Shown in pieces: positions 35,001-47,000 of a stretch of DNA of 64,000 nucleotides. Position 1 is the stretch's first letter; the number at the start of each line of letters is the position of its first letter. Position numbers and translations under genes: made by a program. The DNA comes from Balanoglossus misakiensis. Its lineage: Eukaryota > Animalia > Hemichordata. The notes beneath the pieces are model-generated. The model had not been told where the DNA came from and made no database searches. It saw only the letters and a list, made by a program, of their open reading frames with translations. The stretch spans positions 4,322,831-4,386,830 of the forward strand of contig CM082578.2 in assembly GCA_040954595.2 (NCBI GenBank), read 5' to 3'.

Positions 35001-38000
35001 CTGTTGTGATCATACGTGTAGATTTGTATGTAGGTTCTAAAGTTAACGTTACAATTTCAGTTGTAGTACCTTCTGTCGTTGCCGGTGTTGGCGTTGTGTC
35101 TACAGCTGTTGTTGTCGGTTCTTTTGTTGTGACAGGAGATGTTGTTGGTTCCTTTGTTGTGACCACAGTTGTTGTTGGTTCCTCTGTGGTGACAGATGTT
35201 GTTGGTTCTTTTGTAGTGACAGATGTTGTTGGTTCTTTTGTGGTGACAGTTGTTGTTGGTTCCTCTGTGGTGTCAGATGTTGTTGGTTCCGTTGTTGTGA
35301 CCACAGTGGTTGTTGGTTCTTTTGTGGTGACAGATGTTGTTGGTTTCGTTGTTGTGACCACAGTTGTTGTTGGTTCTTTTGTGGTGACAGTTGTTGTTGG
35401 TTCTTTTGTGGTGACAGATGTTGTTGGTTCCGTTGTTGTGACCACAGTTGTTGTTGGTTCTTTTGTGGTGACAGTTGTTGTTGGTTCTTGTGTGGTGGCA
35501 GATGTTGTTGGTTCCGTTGTTGTGACCACAGTTGTTGTTGGTTCCTCTGTGGTGACAGTTGTTGTTGGTTCTTTTGTGGTGACAGATGTTGTTGGTTCCG
35601 TTGTTGTGACCACAGTTGTTGTTGGTTCTTTTGTGGTGACAGTTGTTGTTGGTTCTTGTGTGGTGGCAGATGTTGTTGGTTCCGTTGTTGTGACCACAGT
35701 TGTTGTTGGTTCCTCTGTGGTGACAGATGTTGTTGGTTCCGTTGTTGTGACCACAGTTGCTGTTGGTTCCTCTGTGGTGACAGATGTTGTTGGTTCCTTT
35801 GTTGTGACCACAGTTGTTGTTGGTTCCTTTGTAGTGACAGCAGTTGTTGTTGTGACCACATGTGTTGGCGTTCTAGTTGAGACAAAAGGTGTTGTAGTTT
35901 GGTAGGTAGGCTCTAGTGTTAAAGTTACAATTTCAGTTGTAGTACCTTCTGTTGTTGCTGGCGTTGGAGTTGTCTCTACAGCTGTTGTTTTCGGTTCTGT
36001 CGTGGTGACGGGAGATGTTGTTGGTTCCTTTGTAGTGACAGATGTTGTTGGTTCCTTTGTTGTGACCACAGTTGTTGTTGGTTCCGTTGTGGTGACAGTT
36101 GTTGTCGGTTCTGTCGTGGTGACAGATGTTGTTGGTTCCTTTGTTGTGACCACAGTTGTTGTTGGTTCCTTTGTTGTCACAATAGTTGTTTTTGGTTCTT
36201 TTGTGGTGACATATGTTGTTGGTTCCGTTGTTGTCACAACAGTTGTTGTTGTTTCCTTTGTGGTGACAGTTGTTGTTGGTTCCTTTGTTGTCACAACAGT
36301 TGTTGTTGGTTCTTTTGTGGTGACAGATGTTGTTGGTTCCTTTGTGGTGACAGTTGTTGTTGGTTCCTTTGTTGTGACCACAGTTGTTGTTGGTTCCTTT
36401 GTGGTGACAGATGTTGTTGGTTCCGTTGTTGTCACAACAGTTGTTGTTGGTTCCTTTGTGGTGACAGTTGTTGTTGGTTCTTTCGTGGTGACAGTTGTTG
36501 TTGGTTCCTTTGTTGTCACAACAGTTGTTGTTGGTTCCTTTGTGGTGACAGATGTTGTTGGTTCCTTTGTGGTGACCACTGTTGTTTTCTGTCCTGTTGG
36601 GCGAGTTGTGAAATGAGTTCCAGGCTTGCGTATTGTTGTTCTCTGCTCAGTTGTTACCGGTGCCGTGGTTGATTCTTCTGTTGTGATCATACGTGTAGAT
36701 TTGTATGTAGGTTCTAAAGTTAATGTTACAATTTCAGTTGTAGTACCTTCTGTCGTTGCCGGTGTTGGCGTTGTCTCTTCCACTGTGGTTATGACATGTG
36801 TAGGTGTCGCCAGCTTCTTTGTTGTGACCAAATCTGTTGTTGTCTCCTCAGTTGTCGTCACCTTCTCACTTGTTAATAAAGTAGTTTTTGGTGGTGCTGT
36901 TGTAGTTGTACTTGGTACTGTTCAGATATGCGGAGGAAGAATGACACATGGTTATAAAACAATCATGTACTATATATTCGTTACATTTGTTTCAAGTGTT
37001 TCCACGTGGGAATTTCGTATACAGCTGAAAAATTGAGACCATGACAATATTTTATAGTCATAATTTATATATCTTATGAAGTTTGCCACGACCAATTATC
37101 TACATTTTGCGTGTATCTGGAAGATGACTGTGTACCTTAGGATACCAAGCGTATATAATGCAATTTGCAAATTTAATTTAATATTAACTTCAATCATTTA
37201 AGTCAATACCCTAGTTATACAAGTCATTGGCGATGACATAGCCCTAAATATGACGTGTGCATTGGCGGCGAAAAATTACGATGCGACCCTGTACTACACA
37301 AAGAATATGTTTAGCAAGGTGCGTGGAAATTCTAGACGTTTATCATTGCAATATGATGCACTTGGTCTCTTGTGAAAAAAATGTGTAAGGATGATGGAGT
37401 GACCTTCTACATCATCATACCTGAAAACAATATGACACAGGCTTTACGAAAAAAAATATGACACAAGCTTTACGACGCGCGCGTCAAATGTACGAGGTTA
37501 GAATTGCTGTAAAATAAATTAAGAACCTATATATATCATTCTTGCTTACTAGTTGAACTGGTGTTTTTTTCAAAGTCGATCTCACTTCCAATCCCAAAAT
37601 AAAATTTTAGGCTGATTGGCATCGTTCCGATATGACTTTCACATCGCTGGCAAGCCAGTCACTAAAATAGGCACACATGTGCAAGATTAACAAGAAGATG
37701 AAACCAAACAACTGTACGGAGTGGAGACATGGAAATATAAGATTCAAATCGTGTATTGAAGTCGGCTCGTAATCATTCCATTAGGAAATATTATTCAGAG
37801 ACTTCCTCAATCTTTGAACAAATTTGCGTTAGAGACATGACATAAAATTGTGCCTTGGAGAGCATTATCTATTTTGGTGAAAATGTATATATACGATTCC
37901 ACTGGTCCGATACAAAGTTCTCAATACTAAAGTAGAACGGAAAGCAAAGAGATATAGCTGGAGAAACGTAGCGCAACCAAGCATTGCAACCTCTTCCTAG

Positions 38001-41000
38001 TCTTTCACAACCCAGAACATTGTACAATCAATAGAAGAATGAACTCGTATCTTCATGCAGACACAGAAGCAAACATTCCACCACCTGCTTACATGAATAT
38101 AACCATGTATTACCTCTGTGTTTACACTAGTCAAGTCTCCTGATGACCTAGTCCAGTGACTCATGAAATACCATGGTAGAGATTATAGATTATACCACTG
38201 GAACAAAGTCTTAATTACGTCCAATCGCAAAATAATAGCAAAATCAGCAACATGTTGGTCTGACTAGGACACATTTATCAAGTTGTGTATTACACCGTAC
38301 CGGTTATGCTAAAATTTATAGTGGACTACGCATGTCCGAACAAGTGTAATCATTGGATCTGTACGCGTAGAATTGCTTTGGTGTACCGGAAGGGTCGTAA
38401 TCGTTCAGTCCGTTAGTGTGCACGGTTCCGGCTCCAGATATCTCCAGACTGTACAATAATCTCTAGATTATAACCTCGTACGACAGTCGAAAATATCCAT
38501 ACGGACCGTTCAGTTTGTATGGATAGAGGGCCGCCAAGTTTGTGTCATCGGTTTTCAAAATCAGACTGACTCCCCTTCACCCAGGACCAAAAATTGCTGA
38601 CCCCCCTTTGACAGACAAAAATATGATGACCCCGAAAACATTCGCCGTCCTGATCTTATATACACTGTATGCATTAAAGGGAAAGAGGCTCCCCACACCT
38701 TAATTATAAATTTCTTAAAGAAATTTATAATTGAAGTGTATATATCTTTGAATAAATTAAAATGACAAGTCAATACAATAATTGGTAGAATTGGTAAAAC
38801 AAGAGAAGTAAAGGGGATGGGTTTCCCCTTCCCACATAAGAAAATTGTGTAAAATATGAAGCTCAAAGTTGCATTTTAATGAACTCAAAAGCAAATTAAC
38901 TCAATGTTGGGGAGGACAAATTTTATTTTGCCACACAAAGTTAGCATCGGTGTGGTGAGGTGGCAAGTACTCTGCCCTGGTACACTAGATAAACCAGCAA
39001 ATAAATGAAATGTTGCTAAGAATGAAAGGGGTGGGTGTCTGAGGGGGTGTCCCCGTCCCATATTAGAAAATTTTGTACAATAAAGGGCTTCAAACTGAAA
39101 TTTTGTGGACTCAAAAGCAAAAGTTGGGGCAAAAGTATGTGACCCCCTTAAACGTTTAAAAAAGATCACCCCCCCCCCCTTTGGATTTCAAAATTTAAGT
39201 GACCCCCCCCCCCCTCTTGGATTTTGCCCCCCCCCCCCCCAGCAGTAAAATCTGAACTGTCCATTAAGTGAGACAGGCGCGTTGGTGCTGCAACTTATGC
39301 ACAAATCGGACGCACTTGTGGTAGACTACCTTGCGTGTTTATTTTGGGGATCTTGGCCAGGATGTAAAAGTAGCCTCCTGTGCCATTGTGTCGGTGTTGA
39401 ATTGCGTATTTTTTCAGAATAAATAATAGACGCGTGATTAATCAGTTGGTACATTTTCATATACATCACTATCTGCTAATCTCTTGTCCGTGTCCGAGTC
39501 GAGTCTCCTACCCCTTTCTGTTCACGTCTCTCTCAACACTACTTCAACTGCGCAATTGGGATGGGGGCGCCTCTTTGTCTACTAAATTCTGACGTTGTTA
39601 CAATTTTAGAGATAACGCGTAGCTGGCATCAAAGAAATACGGTGTTTCTAGTTTGGCGGTTGTTGCAGCTATTTTGAATTCTGTGGTAAATGGCGTGTGA
39701 TCTTTGCGTTGTGGGATTGTCAGATTCATTATGACATTTAATTATGCGATAAAGGTCACGATGATAAATCTTTAGAGAATAATTAAGATTCCGTGGCGGT
39801 GTACGTTTAGAATGGACACTAGAATGACGAGGACACTGATACAGGGGGAGAGTAAAAGTCAACAAATCAATTCCTTCCATCTAATACATGCAGCAACGTA
39901 CTCTTTGTCCGGAGTCAAGTATCCGTACAGGTATCCTTCAGCATGTTTGCCAATCTGATTAAAATCAGATGTAGGGAACGGCGACTTGGTATTTTTTATG
40001 CTGTCGCCTCACACTACATCTGACCAACTCTCACTGGAGCTCCCGTTGAAATCGACGGGATTTACTGGGCGAATAAACCAATCAGAAGGTGCCTTATAGC
40101 AAACGATAGGCATCCCACAATCACATGACCTGGCCCCTTGCGGTTGTTACCATGGAGCTACCACAGACATATATCCCGGGCGCGAGAGTCGAATCAGCGT
40201 GGGGAATGGTTTCGAGCCAGTTCAGCTGTATAAGACGTGGCAACAAGTCGCAGTAAAATTGTTAGAGAATCGATTACATTTGTGTAAGGCCGTCCCAGGG
40301 AGAGATTATGTCGCCACGATCGTTTGTATACACCAGAGTGTTCCGACCGACTGCACAGTGCACTGACTTGACTAGCTCTGCGTGTAGGTATGTGTGTTCC
40401 CGGCGTTACACGGACGTTAGAAGAAGTTAATCGCATCATATTTGGGGTCGGTTGAAGTAGACAGGGAAAGGATTTTACTTCGAAAAAATCGAATTTCAAC
40501 AGAAAAAGCTGCGGTCGGGCGTCCGGGTCCGGACCGCAGACGCACCAGTTTTGTCTACGGGGCCTTATGCAGGGCTGTGGTGCGTCGAGAACACACAGAC
40601 CTGAACGCGGAGCTATGACTTGACATTCCTTAGCCGAAGTTAGCGTTCTTTTTAAAAATCTGTCACATAAATTGTTTTGGGATACATGGCAGTAAAATTT
40701 GGTTTATTTTTTATAAACTTTTACATGAATTACGTCATTTTCCCGACTGGCAGCATGACTACGAGGGCGAACATGACGACTAGTTAGGAGAGTTTATAAA
40801 TGATCAACGACAGTTCATCATTTGTATATGGCTACAGCTCGACGTTGCACTGCTCTGCGAAAACCACTCGAATACGATGACGCCAAACAAAGAAAAATAT
40901 CATGGGATTACATGTAATTGTTCACAAGAGAAAGCCAATCAGTCGTATTCTGTGCGATACTCGAAGTCAATAACAAAATTTCTCACATCTCCCAGTGCAA

Positions 41001-44000
41001 TATTCTTTAGTCGGCATAACACGCTATCTGATTGGCCGAGTCGGAATGCGCGATTTCAACGGGAGCGCCAGTGAGAGTTGGTCAGATGTAGTGTGAGGCG
41101 ACAGCATAAAAAAGTCGCCGTTCCCTACATCTGATTTTAATCAGATTGCATGTTTGCTTGACACTGCACAAAATGATGCATGTCATCTTAAAAGCGTTTT
41201 TATTTAGCAATATGTTGGCATGGAAACATATCAGAATAAAGTTGTCGTAGATCATCAGTTGAGTGTTTTTATTTGGCAGTTGAGGCTATATGTACACTAA
41301 GGCCGAATTGATTTTGGTAGGTGCGACGTATTAGCGAGGTAAGCTTAATATTTTCTTTGAAAAACATCTAACATTACTTCACTTTTGGCGGACATCCATA
41401 TAGCTTTATTTTACTTTAAGGACTCTACTTTATCCTGTGTTTTTTTTGTTATATTACTTTGTGTTTGTTTTTACAAGTGGCTATGGGATATATTTGACCT
41501 GTGAACTTTGGGTATGATGGTTTTTCCGTCTTACTAAAAGAGGGTACGTCAAAGGTCCCCGCCAGGTCAGGGACAATTGACAATTTATGCCCACTTACTT
41601 ACTAAGAGCAAACCGTGATTTATAATCCTTGGCATATGACCTAATCGCAAAAGTTCAAAATATACAAACAACGAAATCATTGACCTGCCATGTTCACCTA
41701 ATTACCCTTACAATAAAACTGCAGTTATGTCAAACAACCTGCAAACGTTATTGACAAATTATTCAGCTATAGCCAATTGTAAAATTCACAATGTGGGTAA
41801 AATATGTTATAATTTGCATGCCATGGCCCTTTCTTCAGGAAAATATTTAAAATAACACCGTGGTTACTGCACTTCCTACAAACATGCATGAAATTTGATA
41901 TTTTAAAAATGTAAAACTTTTCGAGACATGACCATGGTGTCAGCATAACAATGTCCCAGTATAATAACTATTCATTAATTTGCAACTTACATTTAATGTG
42001 GACGATAACAATAATAACCGACGTTTATAAAATAACAGCATCATTGGAATTATTTTTGAATAACAAGATATCCTGAAAAATTGCATAAACCAACTGCATT
42101 ATATGAATGTGTATTGGGTTATTCGGTAATTGCTTTTCAGTAAAAGTAAAAAAAATGAATGTATGTATTATTTTACACAAATCAAGTAGAATAGTAAATG
42201 TAAATTATTTTCAGACGGTCAATATCACATTACCAGAAACTAATTCGAATCGTGTTTAACACAATGTCCTACTTTAGGTGAAAGTAATGTGCCCAGCATA
42301 AGCAGAGGGTGATCACTCGCGATAGCATGTAATTAACATACTGCTGGATTTCTCGATGTTAAATGACATGTGTTTGCTATTACAAATTCTCACGCCGTGA
42401 AAGCAAGCGTTTATAATCTTTGAATGGAAGGCTTTCACTATGTGATCTTGTGACGTTGAATAGATCACTCTGTCATGATTTTAATGCTTGCCACAAAATA
42501 TCTAATTTCTCTACCCTATGAACCTTTTATGTTAATAAGATAGCCCTTGAAATCCACTGAAAACTCAACTGAACATATTTCGCTTGGATGAACAGCTGCG
42601 AAAAAAATAAGAAACTGTCTTCATGTTATCTGTTGTTGCCTGAAACGGTTGTTTTCTCCACTGACTTCACTAATGCACCGGTTGCTGATCGAAGTGACCA
42701 ATTTATCATATAGAACAAAACATCAAAAAAATGCCTTACAACTGGCTCGTCAATATAGATTATGTCAATGCAAATTAAACCTATCATGCCAGTTATTCAA
42801 AAACCAGACAACACACATAAGCATGCCGGGAAATGCAACTTCTACCTAAGCGTTCACAAAGCACACACTCTTTTGTTCTACATGTATACATGCTACTTGA
42901 TATGACGTCATATCCAACTGTAAGGCAAGTCTGTGATGTTTCCTTAAATGTTATTCATTGATAACTAACGGTTCGTTTAGGGAATACAAATACGTATATA
43001 ATATGTGCATACTGAAACGATGTCCAGACAGGCGTAGGATGTGTAGCAATGTTCATATACTTCGTATAATGTATGTGATAAATTCCAATTTGTGTGTGTG
43101 TTTGGGTGTTTGCATTATGCAACGACTGTCATTGGGTAGCGCTCAAACATTGATATACCATCTAACACGATCGAGTGGGAATACGCAAGCAACACCTCAT
43201 ACGTCATTGAAGACAGGGCAGAAATCTGCACTACTTAACCACTGGATAAACGTTTTATTGTGTCATAATCTAGACGGGATAATGCCTAAGAAACCTTAGA
43301 ACCCCCTACCTGTTATATTCGGGGGAACAACCCCGCCAATATTTCCAGTACCATTGAGAATTACTGTGAAGTTTACAAAGATGCTCCCGGGCCTGAAATG
43401 ATTGTAAAAACTGGTTTGCTTTCAGAAACTAATGCAGTTATGTCAGTTAGAGAGAGAGAGAGAGGCGGTTAAATTAGACGTACACTTTTAAAAGACATGT
43501 TTGGATCTTAGCATTCAGGGCACACCGAGAGAATGCAGGTTGTTATTAGTATATTATGTCAGTAATTTTGGACGATTGACAGAATTAAGATTTTGCATTA
43601 CGTATCCAATAAAACATACACATTCCAGTTATCCAGGCGAGATGAGAAAATTCGACATCAAACTGGGTAAGTTCATGTTCAGTGGCAACTCCGGGTTTCC
43701 TTGCCCGATTATTTTTATTCATTTGGCGAGGAAAACGAATATTCCATTGACGTTTTTTAGTTTGTTTTGATTCAAAGGCTCTAACGGAGTCCACGTTTTA
43801 GGAAACCGTACAATTTTTCAGACAAATTTCACGAGTTTGCATTCAATTTATATTAACGTGGCACAATTCATGTTGCCTTGTTATCATTTTGGGCAACGTA
43901 AAATGTCTGCTTCCGTCGTCAAACTCTTTCAAAGTGTCTTTTGTACACATCAACCATCGTACATGAAACATGGACGTGTTGTTTTAGAAATTCCACTACC

Positions 44001-47000
44001 CATTGATCATGTCGTCTTGCGTACCTTTAACTGAAACACGTTGGTTCTCGCCTGAACAACGCAAACGGAGTGAAACAATTACGTGTTGGGGATAAAACCA
44101 GGTGTCCACTGAGAGTTCGTTCAATAGTTATAATTATTATGCACAACACCAACTGACATAATCAAATTTGGGCGGGCACTACAACACATAAAACACCAAT
44201 TTGACATACTCAAAAAAGTTAACGTAGTTGCAAACGTAAATGTCTTTGATACTGCTGTCTCTGAATATGTTGTCAAGCTGAAAAATAAAAAAGAGACCCA
44301 GAATCTTAATACTTGATGATTAATTTTGAGGTCTCTAAGTCTACAAGTTTCGTTTATTATTAAATCAATGCTATTCAATTAATTTAAAGGGGAGGGTAGT
44401 TGACGTTTTATGACCTTTTTTGTGAGGATCTTTTACACAAGACTACACTTACTGTGAGGTTAGAGTTAATCTATACTTGATATTATTGAGTCGTGATTTT
44501 ACAAACATTACTTTTAATTAATGATATTTTTCAAACTCGAAGTTTGCACGTTATAGTATTTATAGTTAGTATTTTCATAGTGGTTAGATAGTACGGGTTA
44601 CAAAGGAAAACGCAAGAGGGGAACCTACTATTACTGTTACAGCATACGCTAAATCTGCGTAGTCGCAACCTGTATCGTTGTAGAGTGCATCGTCCCACTC
44701 CATGTTGCTTATATCGCAACCGCCGACGTAGATGTACCCATCCTCGGCACACTGCCTGTAGGGTTCGCATGTTTGTTCACGTGCAGTCGTTGTCTTGGCA
44801 AGGGCTGTTGTGGCCTCGGTTGCCGCAGTCGTTGCTAAGATTAAAACGGATTTCGTGGGTAATTGCGATTATTGCTTTCAGATAGAGTCACTCTGCGGGG
44901 TGCGGTCACAGTGATCTCGTGAGACCTTTGCAAGGTGAGCATATATCGTATACACACTAAAGCCTCGTTGTTAACCCACCATACAGACAGTGTATCGCAT
45001 CAGTCAAAAGGCTGTACAACTGCTGCAGTGGTAATTGTGACACGTTTCCCCGACTATACGTAAGAAACAACCAGGTTATCCGTGTCTAACCATACCGATA
45101 TTACATTGTACACGCAGCTTCGCTTCGCACATGGGTTCATTTGTGTGCGTTAAGCAAGCACGTGATAACCAAAGCAAATGCTCCACCCGCGGCCCTGCAG
45201 AATATTACACACCGCAGATTATAAAATGGTCAACTGTGATCGGAAGAGTATATGCATTACCTGAACGTTTAAAACTGATCCACACTACAATGTAGTAATA
45301 GATAACACTAGGAAGATATATACCCCACAATCGCGGCACAACCTACCTCTCTCACAACTGCATTTGAACCGGACCTTAAAATCAGCACAACGACCAGTCA
45401 TTATGTCTCTATTGTGACAGACCAAACCATTGTTGACGTCACATGTTGCAACCTGGCCCGGGATTTGATCATACGGAACAGAGGTAATACTTTCGACACA
45501 CTGGATATCCGTCACGGTAAAGCCTTCGCAGAAGTTCTCATTTTCCCTGATTTGGTCGATAAGTTCATAGTCGCCTTCATTTTCCCCTATGCCGGGTGTA
45601 TGCTCGTCGAAGTATTCGGTCCAATCACCACTACACTCTCTTGTTGGCTTCGTTGTTGGAAGAACCGTCGTTGGAGGTAATGTTGTAGCTGCGGGAAATG
45701 GAAAAGTTGTTCAAATCTATACTTGTCGCGCATTAGTGTCACGGGACATCTCGGGAAGAGAACATTTGTGAAACATGCATAATGAATACATTCATTTATC
45801 ATTAAATATAAAATAACTAAAAATCCATTATTGTCATCGTGAGACAACCTACCTCTCCCACAGCGGCATTTGAACCGGATCTTAAAATCAGCACAACGAC
45901 CAGTCATTATGTCTCTATTGTGACAGACCAAACCATTGTTGACGTCACATGTTGCAACCTGACCCGGGATTTTATCATACGGAACAGAGGTAATACTTTC
46001 GACACACTGGATATCCGTCACGGTAAAGTCTTCGCAGAAGTTTTCATTTTCCCTGATTTGGTCGATTAGTTCATAGTCGCCTTCGTTTTCCCCTATGCCG
46101 GGTGTATGCTCGTCGAAGTATTCGGTCCAATCATCACTACACTCTCTCCTTGCCATTGTTGTCATTCTTGGTGCGACCGTTGTCTTTTCTTCTGTAGCAA
46201 AATGATAAAGGTTTGGTAAAGATTTTGTCCTTCCTATTCGAGCCATGGGAAACATCGTATGTCTTTATACGCAAAGATAATTTAGCCCTAAGTCAAACAA
46301 AATAAATTTTCCTGAAAGATGTGATCGAAGCTAGTCTAAATAAAACTATTGAGGTACTCCGCACTTTTGGGACAGATTAAAAAATTATAGAACTCCAAAC
46401 CTTTCTATATTCCTTGCTATATTGCGGGAGTTTTTTTTTTTTTTGCGGGAGTTGTTTTTGTTTACCATAAAAAAACTTTAATATTTCTTCACAGAGTGAA
46501 CGCAACGATCGAGACAATTTTGCTCGATAGTTCAATTTTGTGCATGATGTCCAAATTGATATTCTTATTTTAAGACAGAAAAAACTAAAATTGCCTTAAG
46601 CAACATATGAGAAAGTGGTTACACAATTTCAGTTTCGGGCCTTATATGTTAAAGCCTAGTGTTTTAATAGATGGCTGGAAGAAATCAAGGTTTGCGCAAG
46701 ACTTATTTTTCAATATGTAGACCTTCATATGTTGTGCATCTGCAGGAAGTAACAGAAAATATGATACTGCATGGTGCATTATGAATTCGTTACGATGGGA
46801 AATGATAATATAGTCAGTGATGTCGAGATGGTATTTTGTGCTGACGTGTGGAAATGTGTGATATGATATATGTTATGATATGATACATAATATGACCGTA
46901 TGGTATAATATAATATGACATGATATATATGATATGATATGTGATGTGATATGATATTACACCAGTTAAACAGATTCATATTCATTGCAATTTACCCAGT

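Noticed and set aside
30788-36616. Val/Gly-rich, Cys/Trp-rich and Gln-rich ORFs overlapping PTS2
   Set aside because: Antisense and alternative-frame shadows of the Thr-codon repeats.
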